Shown: one piece after another, positions 1 through 8,310 of the stretch
Layout: each line of letters begins with the position of its first letter
Position numbering within the stretch: position 1 is the stretch's first letter
Source: an uncultured virus (IMG/VR IMGVR_UViG_3300005343_000007)
Taxonomy: Duplodnaviria > Heunggongvirae > Uroviricota > Caudoviricetes
Direction: 5' to 3' (one strand)
Length of the DNA stretch: 20,000 nucleotides
Virus record (IMG/VR): IMGVR_UViG_3300005343_000007
The notes under the pieces: model-generated
What the model saw: the letters and a program-made list of their open reading frames with translations, nothing else
What the model was told of the DNA's origin: nothing
Databases searched by the model: none
Translations under genes and position numbers: made by a program

Positions 1-13
1 TAAAGCCCATCGC

Positions 14-1753
14 TCACGCGGCCACCCCCTGCCCGGTTTCAAGTACAATTTGATGCGATCCGGTTTCGTCCCCGTGCTCGCACTCGCCCTGCTCGGATTC
101 CTCCACGGGTTCACACACGATCCTGATGCCACGAATCCCCATTCGGCCTTCCCACTCGCACAGAATCGAAAAGGATTTGTCCACATTGGACGGCCTTTCG
201 GATTCCACGCACACTTCCCCTTCTGGCGAATCGCTGCCCACGTCCTTTGTCTTGATGGTGCGGGTCTGCGGCTTGTAGGCTTGCAGCATCGTATCGAGGT
301 TGATGATCTGCTGATTCACCGAGCCAATGGAGCCTTTCTCGGCCTGGAAATAGTATTCTCCAATTAGCTCGTATGGGCCTTTAAGTCCCGCGTAGTAAAC
401 CCGCAAATTCACGTCGCCCAGCACTTCCACCAGATCCAACTCCGCATATCGGAACTTCACCAAGCGGGAGCTGATTAGCTCGCTGCGGGTTTCCCATTGG
501 CATTGAATCCGATTCATCCGGTCCTCGCGATCATCCTGAAACGCTTCCCAGATATGGATATAGCTTTGGTTGTAGGCGGTTTGATCGAAACCAGCACAAA
601 ACACCCGATTCCTCCCCATCACGGAAACCGTAGTCCACTCCACCGGCCTAAAGCCCGTCCAGATGGACGCCCACGCGGGCGGTGAGTCTTGGGTGAGCTG
701 ATCGGCTATAGATTGATCGAAAACCCACGTATGAGCATTGTAGGCGTCCCCAGAGGGCACTGAGACTAGGACAATATTTTCAAACCACCCCGAGCAGATG
801 CGTTGCAGTTGGCTGCCGAGGTTCCGCTTGCTGCGCATCATTTCCGTGTCCCGCGTAGTGAGTTGAGAATCCCGGAGCGTAAACAAAGCCGAGTTGAGGT
901 CTATCCACCCCTCCTCTGAGAACCACCACGTGAGTCCAAACGCGTTGATAGGAGAGCGTCCAGAAACACATCCTACCTTGGGGATTAGTACCTGTTGGAA
1001 TTGGGGGGTTGTTTGCCATTGCCTTCTGTCTCGGATGGAGGATTGGAAGCTGGTAGTAGTGCGGCGAGTAAACGCGAGTAGGTTTCTCTCATCACTTGTT
1101 TCGATGAGCCCCGTGCATTCATCAGGGAGGTCAAAATTACTTCGCTCTGCAATAATTGTGTTTTCATTGAAGGTTAATGGATCGGCGTAGTCTGAGACAA
1201 AGATTTGACTCCCCCTCGCCACCCATAGGCGGGAGCTAGTCCATTTCATCCAAAGCCCCGTGGGGGTGCCGTAGTAAGGTGGTTGCGGGTCGAGCGTATT
1301 GGCCTTGCTGCCATCCCAATATCCCGCCCTTGATACCCCGTCCTGAATTACTAGCACTCGATAGGGGTTGATGACTTTCAAGCTCCCATCTGGATTCCGC
1401 AGAACCGATTTCACGCAATCCGCAAAGGTCACAATCTCGGAGTCGGGGTCGAAGCTAATGCCTTGGATTTGCACGAAGTCCGCATAGGGGTAGCTGGCCG
1501 TGTAAATCAACCCATCTATCGCCACCACTAATTGCGGGCTGCCGCTGATTTGCTGGAAATGGGTAAAGCCTTGCAGCTTCGATCCTGGCAAGTACGCCCT
1601 GAGTCTCAAGCCCGGCCTAGTCTGCGGGATGCCACCACGGCACAAGATGTTCTCCCCGTAGTGATATTGCGCGGGTGCGATATTGGTTGGATAAAGCAGC
1701 GTGTTCATGCCGCCAGTCCAAAACTCCATGTATTTAGAAACGGGATCAGGCAT
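14..1753 (-). CDS. Putative tail nozzle / DNA-stabilisation protein (P22 gp10 / T7 gp12-like beta-propeller)
   Basis: Long beta-rich ORF with propeller-like segments (SRLWVARGSQIFVSD, VGCVSGRSPINAFGLTWWFSEEG). It lies downstream of the adaptor-like gene, as in podoviruses. I chose the ATG at 1753, preceded by GGGGGA, over the TTG at 1765. Confidence 0.6.
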   Translation of the reverse strand: MPDPVSKYMEFWTGGMNTLLYPTNIAPAQYHYGENILCRGGIPQTRPGLRLRAYLPGSKLQGFTHFQQISGSPQLVVAIDGLIYTASYPYADFVQIQGISFDPDSEIVTFADCVKSVLRNPDGSLKVINPYRVLVIQDGVSRAGYWDGSKANTLDPQPPYYGTPTGLWMKWTSSRLWVARGSQIFVSDYADPLTFNENTIIAERSNFDLPDECTGLIETSDERNLLAFTRRTTTSFQSSIRDRRQWQTTPQFQQVLIPKVGCVSGRSPINAFGLTWWFSEEGWIDLNSALFTLRDSQLTTRDTEMMRSKRNLGSQLQRICSGWFENIVLVSVPSGDAYNAHTWVFDQSIADQLTQDSPPAWASIWTGFRPVEWTTVSVMGRNRVFCAGFDQTAYNQSYIHIWEAFQDDREDRMNRIQCQWETRSELISSRLVKFRYAELDLVEVLGDVNLRVYYAGLKGPYELIGEYYFQAEKGSIGSVNQQIINLDTMLQAYKPQTRTIKTKDVGSDSPEGEVCVESERPSNVDKSFSILCEWEGRMGIRGIRIVCEPVEESEQGECEHGDETGSHQIVLETGQGVAA

Positions 1754-1903
1754 ATTATCCCCCAATCATCATCCATTCACTTGCGACGTATATTACCCCT
1801 CGCTCGTATTTATCCCTAGACACAAAAACGCACTCGCCCTGAGTGACCCTTGATTCAATATACATCGGGAGCAATATCAACTTTTGAAAAAGACTCCAAT
1901 TAA

Positions 1904-2362
1904 TCATACCAAAATCCCTCCCTCTTCTTCACTTGGTTGCACCACGGGTTCCAGTACCCCGCAATCACAGCGCGCAAATGTCGTTACAGTTATGGTGGTG
2001 GTTCCCGAGACTGCCTCGGCTTCCAGCTTTAGCTTTCCGGCGACCGGCATAATCCATTCTTCGCCTGCCGCTAGTCGGTAAATCAAGGCGTCGTCTTCGT
2101 AGATAAACGCCGCGTTCGCACCCGTGTTGCGCAGGATGGTTTGCACCGCGTAGTAATATGCCTCGCGGATAGTGCCGCCAACGACATCAACAGTTGTTTC
2201 AATGGTTGGAGTTGTGCCTAGGCAAGTTGCCACGCAGTTGATCGCATCCAGCCTTGCCAGAATCCTCCGATACCACACTCCGCAGTTCTCCGCGCGCGCC
2301 GCCGAGGCCAGCCGTTGCACTAGCTGGATCACCGGCTTTCCAATGGATGGGCGACAGATCAT
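1904..2362 (-). CDS. Small virion protein (N-terminal helix plus small beta-sandwich), paralogue of 7693..8310
   Basis: 152-aa ORF whose ATG lies 1 nt from a junction palindrome. It aligns by eye with the 7693..8310 product (RRILARLD/RRIVAALD; RNTGANAAFIYEDDAL/TNTGAQAIDIYEGGAL). Confidence 0.6.
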   Translation of the reverse strand: MICRPSIGKPVIQLVQRLASAARAENCGVWYRRILARLDAINCVATCLGTTPTIETTVDVVGGTIREAYYYAVQTILRNTGANAAFIYEDDALIYRLAAGEEWIMPVAGKLKLEAEAVSGTTTITVTTFARCDCGVLEPVVQPSEEEGGILV

Positions 2363-2363
2363 T

Positions 2364-2385
2364 TAATTAACAAATTCGCTAATTA
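2364..2385. promoter_or_regulatory. 22-bp junction palindrome, copy 1 (TAATTAACAAATTCGCTAATTA)
   Basis: Two mismatches to consensus TAATTGACAAATTTGCTAATTA; intergenic, directly upstream of the ATG at 2362. Confidence 0.8.
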
Positions 2386-2423
2386 TCAGGTCGCTGGAAT
2401 CCTATCGTTGGAATGTGAGCGGT

Positions 2424-4367
2424 TCAAGCAAAATTAAAGGCGTGGTTCGGGATGGTTCCTTCGTCCACCTGTAATCCCATGGAATCGTGAGGATTAAGCG
2501 CCGATTGCTCCTCCTCTAAATAGCGAATCGCCATCGCTTCGTAGATTGCGCCGTTGGTCGGATCGCCCTTGGCTTGGTATTGCATTGAGCGCAACATATT
2601 CTCTATCGCCATGCGGGAGCGAAGGTGAAGCGGATCGTAGAGCGAAGAGACGCGTTGCGAGCGTTTGCGGTAAAGCACGCGAATCCTAGTCTCGCAACAG
2701 TTCGGCACGCGAATCAGGCGGTACTTGGGTTCAACTTCGTCTGGATACCAATAACCGAGTAAGAGTGGCGTTTCGGTGTTGGTGGAACTTGGGGGATTCT
2801 CCCATCCATAGAGGCGAACGAAGGAACGCGAGGCTTGTTTTACAATGCGTGTAAATCGTGCAATCGGGCCAATGTTGCCATTGCCGTAGTTATCGGTACG
2901 CCGACAAGGCACCTCAAATCCCGGTAGTGCATTTTCGCCAAGCTCCCGTCCATCAAGATCATATCCGTAGACCTTAATTGAGATGCCTTCGTCAAGCGGG
3001 TCATCGGGGACCGCCGTGAGATAACGAGGAATCGGCTTTCGGTGCGCATCGAGAGTTAAGGGGTTGATGATCACTGACTCGCCAAGTTCTTCCCATGAAC
3101 CACAGGGGGCGCAATCGCGGTTATGCAAGCCGTTAAGATGAAACTCGGCCCATTGGTTGCGGGGCATCGCTTTTTGCAACCAGCTTCCCCAAATCGAATT
3201 AGGTGAGCAGGAATAGGTAAGCGCCAAGACCGTATCTACATAGCGAGGGAGGACAAATAGCCCCGTCCCGTGGAATCTGCCGTTAGGTAGCTCGATAAAT
3301 TCACAATTGGCTGGCTTCCATATATCCACCACGCCAAGCAGGGAGTCCCATTGCGATTTGTTTGCAAGGGCTTCGATGGCCGAGGTAATCCGATCAAATA
3401 GTTTCTCCCGGCCCACGGGGCCAAAGACTTCCGCCGCAGTGTCGTAAACATCCGCGCAGATAACAGCATCGCGCACAAAGATATTCGCATTGATCGCGGA
3501 TTGCGCTTCCTGACTTGCGGCCAAGGTTTCATTTTCGGTACTGGTTCCTTGTTCGTCCTTGAGGTATTTGATCGCCTTCTCTTCGAACTTGCTGGCCTCT
3601 TCCGGCTTGCCGTCCATATCAAGCTGGATGGCCTTGCACATCAGGATCACCGCCATCTCGCTATTGAGCGGAATATAGTCGTCCTGGCTCTTGATGGCAA
3701 AGACGTGCTTGCGGTACATTATCCGCACCGCCACGCCAGTTTGACTCAGCTTGATTACGCGATAATTCGGCTCCGTCTCGAAAGGGTAATAGCGGGAAAG
3801 GGTTTCATTTCCGCATTTCAGGTAAATCTCACCCAGCAAATCCGAGGGATTCAGGACCCAGATAATCTCGGCGGCATCGTGGGTCGATTCGGCAGGGGCG
3901 GAAAGGCTTAAGGTCAAGTCTTCCGTCCATTCCAGCCCATCCGCATCCTTGAACTTCACCTTGACCACTTTGCCCGCGTCCCCAGATGCCACGCAAACGC
4001 ACGAGATTGGCCCTGGAAGCCCGTATTCGCTCAGGACGGGTGAATACCCCCGATCTGCCCACTGAGTCCCTCTCTCGGCGTTTTCGGTCGTTCCGTCGCT
4101 ATTTTGCGCGAATTCGTAAATCCGGCTGCGGGCGAACGCCGGGGAGTTGTTGATGTTGAGGCGCAGAGGGGTCTTTACGTCATAGGGGAGGGAGACGAAA
4201 TAGTTCCCGTCCACCGCAATATCGAGGTAGCCGATCAGCGGATCAAAAAGCCCCGTGGTGGCGAGTCTCTGCACGGCGCGCGTCACCAATCGAAAAAGCT
4301 TGGTGGTATCACCTTCGCATTTTCCGTTTATTAGTGCAACTTCTGGCAGAATACTCGAAACTCTCAT
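2424..4367 (-). CDS. Putative head-tail adaptor (tail tubular A / P22 gp4 / T7 gp11-like), internally tandem-duplicated
   Basis: 647 aa made of two homologous ~300-aa halves, each with an N-terminal helical pair, an 'F-x-x-LP-x-x-V' motif and C-terminal helices ending 'AI(K/R)YL-x-x-EQ'. It lies upstream of the nozzle-like gene. Confidence 0.55.
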   Translation of the reverse strand: MRVSSILPEVALINGKCEGDTTKLFRLVTRAVQRLATTGLFDPLIGYLDIAVDGNYFVSLPYDVKTPLRLNINNSPAFARSRIYEFAQNSDGTTENAERGTQWADRGYSPVLSEYGLPGPISCVCVASGDAGKVVKVKFKDADGLEWTEDLTLSLSAPAESTHDAAEIIWVLNPSDLLGEIYLKCGNETLSRYYPFETEPNYRVIKLSQTGVAVRIMYRKHVFAIKSQDDYIPLNSEMAVILMCKAIQLDMDGKPEEASKFEEKAIKYLKDEQGTSTENETLAASQEAQSAINANIFVRDAVICADVYDTAAEVFGPVGREKLFDRITSAIEALANKSQWDSLLGVVDIWKPANCEFIELPNGRFHGTGLFVLPRYVDTVLALTYSCSPNSIWGSWLQKAMPRNQWAEFHLNGLHNRDCAPCGSWEELGESVIINPLTLDAHRKPIPRYLTAVPDDPLDEGISIKVYGYDLDGRELGENALPGFEVPCRRTDNYGNGNIGPIARFTRIVKQASRSFVRLYGWENPPSSTNTETPLLLGYWYPDEVEPKYRLIRVPNCCETRIRVLYRKRSQRVSSLYDPLHLRSRMAIENMLRSMQYQAKGDPTNGAIYEAMAIRYLEEEQSALNPHDSMGLQVDEGTIPNHAFNFA

Positions 4368-4377
4368 TTATGGGAAT

Positions 4378-4399
4378 TAAATGCAAAATTTGTCAATTA
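4378..4399. promoter_or_regulatory. 22-bp junction palindrome, copy 2 (TAAATGCAAAATTTGTCAATTA)
   Basis: Abuts the TGA stop of 4400..5068 and lies 10 nt upstream of the ATG at 4367. Confidence 0.75.
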
Positions 4400-5068
4400 T
4401 CATACGTAGGTACCATTCGACCGTTGCAAGCGGTATTCAACACCGTCCACGTTGGCGGGAACACCCGGCCAGCACTCATAGCGAATAATCGGCTCCTCCA
4501 CGCCGCCAGTTCGCGGGCTCGGGTTGAGCCCTAGGCGCCTCGCCATTTCAATGCTCAGTTCTCCCACCTTGTTACGGGGTCCGCCGTCTGCCACAAGTCC
4601 TTCTGCGGAAAGCCCTGTTTTGAGATTGGTGGCCCTCGCCTTACACCCCATCACGGCCCCCTTTGTGCCGCTAATCACGGAGGGCGGGACGACAATATAG
4701 GGAACAGTCTCGGAATCCACGTAGGCCGCAGGATCGTTAGCGTCTTTGCCTGGGAATCGATAGGAGGTTTTGGAGGCGATGATTCCACCCGGAAACTCGC
4801 GCGGGTTTCCTTGGCCGTCGAGAATCACGATGTCATCAAACCATGATGTATTCCCAACCACCTTGCCGTCTCGCATGGTCATGCCGCCATTGCCCAAAAG
4901 TTCCGAGCCTTTGTTATCCACCATGTAAGCGGGACGTTTTCCGTTCTGGCCGTTAGCGCCATCGGCATCAATGTCAGCATCGGCTTTCGGCATCTCTACT
5001 CGCCCGTCGTCGTGCTCGATGATCTGGCAGGTAAAGCCTTCGTTGTGAATAGTAGCTAGAATTCTCAT
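4400..5068 (-). CDS. Glycoside hydrolase family 75 (fungal chitosanase-like) protein, candidate endolysin
   Basis: GH75-type motifs DADIDADG, YVDSETVPYIVVP and VADGGP-x-x-KVGELSIEMARRLG. It follows two small membrane-protein genes. Confidence 0.7.
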   Translation of the reverse strand: MRILATIHNEGFTCQIIEHDDGRVEMPKADADIDADGANGQNGKRPAYMVDNKGSELLGNGGMTMRDGKVVGNTSWFDDIVILDGQGNPREFPGGIIASKTSYRFPGKDANDPAAYVDSETVPYIVVPPSVISGTKGAVMGCKARATNLKTGLSAEGLVADGGPRNKVGELSIEMARRLGLNPSPRTGGVEEPIIRYECWPGVPANVDGVEYRLQRSNGTYV

Positions 5069-5096
5069 TTTTTGAAATTATCGCAAAACAGAAGCC

Positions 5097-5423
5097 TCAC
5101 TCCCTTTCCTCCATGAACTTATCGAAGCGGGTTCCGGCGTCCTCTGATTCGTCCATGGTTTCCAGCTTCGGGCCACCCGTGGGCTTGATGCTCATAATTT
5201 CCAATTCCATCCGATTTCCCCGATCACCCTTCGTCATTTCCTTGATGCTGTAGTGAATCGTGGCCGTGCCTTCATCGGGCATATTCAGAAGCTCATCCGG
5301 CGCGCGGTCGATATACATACACGGGTAGATGATTTCCGTTTCCTTCTCCTCTTCCATGACTGGCCTTGGGTTCATGGGAATATCGTATTCCTCGCGCTCG
5401 CGGCCTAGGTTGATTTCTTTCAT
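5097..5423 (-). CDS. Acidic hypothetical protein (108 aa)
   Basis: Start MKEINLGRE at 5423 overlaps the upstream stop (ATGA coupling); E/D-rich. Confidence 0.65.
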   Translation of the reverse strand: MKEINLGREREEYDIPMNPRPVMEEEKETEIIYPCMYIDRAPDELLNMPDEGTATIHYSIKEMTKGDRGNRMELEIMSIKPTGGPKLETMDESEDAGTRFDKFMEERE

Positions 5424-5662
5424 AGCGACATCCCCAAGGCCCCGAAAATGAAAACGATCAACAGGATCGCCACCGCCACCCAGATAATCCATCGGAACGG
5501 CTCGGGAATATTCGGCGCGCCTGCAAATTTAGTCACCAGCCAAATCACAAACCAAACCACGGCAGCAATAACAACCAAGGTGATAATCCACCCCAAGAGC
5601 ACGGAAAGCGTCCCTCCTGAACCGATGGTGAAAAATGGGCGAAGTACAAGAGTGGCTGTCAT
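5420..5662 (-). CDS. Small membrane protein with two transmembrane helices, holin-like candidate
   Basis: 80 aa with two long hydrophobic segments separated by PNIPEPFR; located in the lysis-like cassette. Confidence 0.6.
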   Translation of the reverse strand: MTATLVLRPFFTIGSGGTLSVLLGWIITLVVIAAVVWFVIWLVTKFAGAPNIPEPFRWIIWVAVAILLIVFIFGALGMSL

Positions 5663-5705
5663 GGTTTTGATAGTTTAGGGGTTAAGCTGGCGTTTGACTA
5701 CTGTT

Positions 5706-5933
5706 TTATTTTCGGACAAACCAAAGGACTAGGCCAACCATCAAGCTCCCGCAGGTTGAGCCGAGAAAGCCGAATCCCGCCGCAATGTAGAATACCTTGG
5801 TTTCAATGATCGCCAGCCGCTCGGAGTGGGCGTTCAGTTGATCGAAGACCTTGCCGTTAAGCGCGGTCTGCGTATGCCAACGCTCCTGCATCTGATCGTG
5901 AAGTATTTCAGCAAGGTTACGTTGGGGAGGCAT
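5706..5933 (-). CDS. Small coiled-coil protein with a C-terminal transmembrane helix (XhlA / holin-like)
   Basis: 'HSERLAIIETKV' coil followed by a hydrophobic helix and a basic C-terminus (VRK), the architecture typical of XhlA-like phage lysis proteins. Its start overlaps the end of the receiver-domain gene. Confidence 0.55.
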   Translation of the reverse strand: MPPQRNLAEILHDQMQERWHTQTALNGKVFDQLNAHSERLAIIETKVFYIAAGFGFLGSTCGSLMVGLVLWFVRK

Positions 5934-6390
5934 TTTGCACGAGTTCCTTTAGATATTTATCTAACTCACTTATTTCGGACAGTCGATGCGCGTCCTTCCA
6001 ACGCACAATTTCCTTCGCCATCGCCGAAACGAGCTTTTTCATCATGCCCGGTTCCTTGTGGACGATCTGCATTCCTTGCTCCTGAAGTAGTGGGCGTACC
6101 TGCTCCTCTGTGTATCCCGTGACAATTACCGTGGGCGAGCGGGCCTCAAACCTTTGCACCTGATCGCGCGCGGATTCCTGCCATCGGCTATCCGGTAAGC
6201 CTAAATCCATGATCGTCATATCCTGCGCGGGGTCTTCGTAGGCAATCTTAATCGCCTCCTCCATTCTTCCAACTATGCGCGGGGTGCAACGCGGAAACTT
6301 GTCGCGGAGGATTTCCAGCAATCCCCCTTGGATTGCAGTCGCCATCGCGTCTTGGTCTTCTACGATTAGAATTCGCGGCGAATTAGGCAT
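5917..6390 (-). CDS. Stand-alone response-regulator receiver (REC / CheY-like) domain protein with a C-terminal helical extension
   Basis: RILIVED (acidic pair), TIMDLGLPDS (phospho-acceptor Asp), VIVTGY (conserved Thr) and VHKEP (conserved Lys). The ATG at 6390 lies 1 nt after the TAG of the fibre gene. Confidence 0.85.
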   Translation of the reverse strand: MPNSPRILIVEDQDAMATAIQGGLLEILRDKFPRCTPRIVGRMEEAIKIAYEDPAQDMTIMDLGLPDSRWQESARDQVQRFEARSPTVIVTGYTEEQVRPLLQEQGMQIVHKEPGMMKKLVSAMAKEIVRWKDAHRLSEISELDKYLKELVQNASPT

Positions 6391-6391
6391 A

Positions 6392-7645
6392 CTAAGCAAC
6401 AACTACTCCATTGTTCGAGGTAATCTGCCACTTGGAAAGAAGGTACTGGAGATCCACAGAGTCTCCGGCGTCACTAAATGTAAGTGTGGTTCCGCCTTGT
6501 AGATTTGTCACCGTCACCACCAAATCACCGCCGTCCGTATTGAGATTGATACGTTTGCAAAGCCCGGTTGCTCCTGCCGCTAGTTGCGCCGTAGCTGCTC
6601 CGGTGGTTTGAACGGTGGTAACAAATTGGGTTAGAGACAATGCCCCTAAATCGCCATTTCCAGCCATCGTCTCTGGAACCATGCTGATTATGCCAGAGTA
6701 AGAAACATCTACGGCGGTTAATACCTCAATCACCGCATCTCCACCATTGTATAGCACCTGACCGCCGCCACCTAAATCAATAATCGAGCCATCGGCGGCA
6801 ATCAACTGCATCGTATTGGATACAGTGAAAGTTTTCCCTGCCCCAATACTTAATCCTGCTCCGGCATTATTAACAATCGTGATTCCATTGATCGTCCCAA
6901 AACAGGCAAGGTCCGGCAGGAAGGAGATTTGGTTAGAATCGAAATTGAAGCTAACTTGCGTAACCCCGGAGTCGTCCTTGAGATTAAACCCACTGGCGTG
7001 CGTCGTGATGGTCACGAATCCGCCCGTTACCTCGAAAACCCCGGTTCCACTGCCACCCGACTGCTTAACGGTCAGGGGCGTGAAAGTGGCTGCGGCTGGC
7101 GTTACGCCGCCGATCACCACTCCGTTAATGGTGCCGCTCGTGAATGCCGCCGCCACGGTCGGTGCCTGCCATTGCGGCACGCCGGAGCTAACACCTAGGA
7201 TTTGCCCGCTTGATCCGATGCCAAGGCGCGTCAGGGCTCCCGAGTTGGCGCGGTAGTAGATGTCCCCCTGTGCGTCCGATCCCAGCGCCATTACACTTCC
7301 ACCAAAGACCGTAGCTGGCCCGATGGCGTTGCCAGTGGTGAAAATCTTGTTGGTGACGGTGGCCGATCCAGTCGGGGAGAGATAATCGGTGCCAGGAGTG
7401 GCAACGACAAAGCCTGAGCCGTTGCCCTTTAGCATCCCTGAGAGCGTCGTGGTGACCGCCAAAGTACCAGAGCCAGTGATTGGCCCTCCCGAGACGGAAA
7501 GGCCCGTAGGGACGCTTAGGTTGACGCTGGTGACGGTTCCTTGGCCCGTGGCTGCCACCAAGATTGCCCCCACTTCCGCGAGGTTGCTCACGCCCGATAT
7601 GTCCATGTCCCCCGTAAAGATGGGGTTCTTAATGGGGACGCTCAT
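6392..7645 (-). CDS. Tail or head fibre protein
   Basis: G/S/T-rich with common phage fibre motifs (GTVTSVNLSVPTGLSVSGGPITGSGTLAV; QGDIYYRANSGALTRLGIGSSGQIL; TSGTINGVVIGGVTPAAATFT). I placed the start at MSVPIKNP (7645) because the longer ORF reads through the junction palindrome. Confidence 0.75.
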   Translation of the reverse strand: MSVPIKNPIFTGDMDISGVSNLAEVGAILVAATGQGTVTSVNLSVPTGLSVSGGPITGSGTLAVTTTLSGMLKGNGSGFVVATPGTDYLSPTGSATVTNKIFTTGNAIGPATVFGGSVMALGSDAQGDIYYRANSGALTRLGIGSSGQILGVSSGVPQWQAPTVAAAFTSGTINGVVIGGVTPAAATFTPLTVKQSGGSGTGVFEVTGGFVTITTHASGFNLKDDSGVTQVSFNFDSNQISFLPDLACFGTINGITIVNNAGAGLSIGAGKTFTVSNTMQLIAADGSIIDLGGGGQVLYNGGDAVIEVLTAVDVSYSGIISMVPETMAGNGDLGALSLTQFVTTVQTTGAATAQLAAGATGLCKRINLNTDGGDLVVTVTNLQGGTTLTFSDAGDSVDLQYLLSKWQITSNNGVVVA

Positions 7646-7673
7646 ATATTTAGGATGGTTGACGATCAACCAT

Positions 7674-7695
7674 AAATTGTAAAATTTGTTAATTA
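7674..7695. promoter_or_regulatory. 22-bp junction palindrome, copy 3 (AAATTGTAAAATTTGTTAATTA)
   Basis: Degenerate copy; its last 3 nt form the TAA stop of 7693..8310. Confidence 0.7.
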
Positions 7696-8310
7696 TTTCG
7701 CGGAGAGCCACGGCATACGGTACGCGGCCACTGTCACGGAAGCGAGTTGGAAGGTAAAGCCGTAACGCGTCGAGCTTGTCATGGTCTGGATCGCCGGAGG
7801 ATCGGCATCCGCAGGACTCAGCTTTTGCAGGGGTTGCGGCACCACCACGGAAGGCGCGGATTCAAAGGGTTCCGCGTACACCACTGAAACCGTATCCACA
7901 CCCACACCCACATCGGCTTGTCCTTTTTTCACGTCTCCAATATCTGGCGGGAGAAGGATGTAGGTCGAGACGATGGCGGATGAAGTGGAGGAAGCTGTTT
8001 TGGCCGAGATTGGCAGCCTGCCAGCGCCCTCTGAAACCCAAGAGGCATTTGCGGCCAGGGCTTTCTTCACCAAGGCTCCCCCTTCGTAAATATCAATCGC
8101 CTGCGCCCCCGTATTGGTGACGATGGTTTTATAAGCGGTGGGGTCCGCCGCCCTTAGTGCCGTGTCGCTGGTAGTGATCGAGGCAATGGTGGTTGTCTCC
8201 ACGCTGGAATACTGCCCCGAGAGCAAAGATAGGTACACATCCAGTGCGGCGACGATTCTCCGCAACGCCTCGTTATCTGACATTGGCTCGGCAATTAGAT
8301 CGTCGCTCAT
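7693..8310 (-). CDS. Virion spike/fibre-associated protein: N-terminal domain paralogous to 1904..2362, C-terminal H-type-lectin / gp53-like domain
   Basis: ATGA coupling at 8307-8310. The C-terminal 'KKGQADVGVGVDTVSVVYAEPFESAPSVVV...GFTFQL' matches the F-x-x-x-P-x-V-x-V pattern of H-lectin-like fibre domains. Confidence 0.6.
   Translation of the reverse strand: MSDDLIAEPMSDNEALRRIVAALDVYLSLLSGQYSSVETTTIASITTSDTALRAADPTAYKTIVTNTGAQAIDIYEGGALVKKALAANASWVSEGAGRLPISAKTASSTSSAIVSTYILLPPDIGDVKKGQADVGVGVDTVSVVYAEPFESAPSVVVPQPLQKLSPADADPPAIQTMTSSTRYGFTFQLASVTVAAYRMPWLSAK

Noticed and set aside
1..10. Start of the next minus-strand gene (ATG at position 10)
   Set aside because: Only three codons fall inside the window, so the call cannot be supported.
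7646..7711. N-terminal extensions in the ORF track (also 5424-5492, 8311-8340, 14669-14752, 16324-16374 and 19658-19717)
   Set aside because: They overlap upstream genes or read through the palindrome. Internal ATGs, several with ATGA coupling, are better starts.
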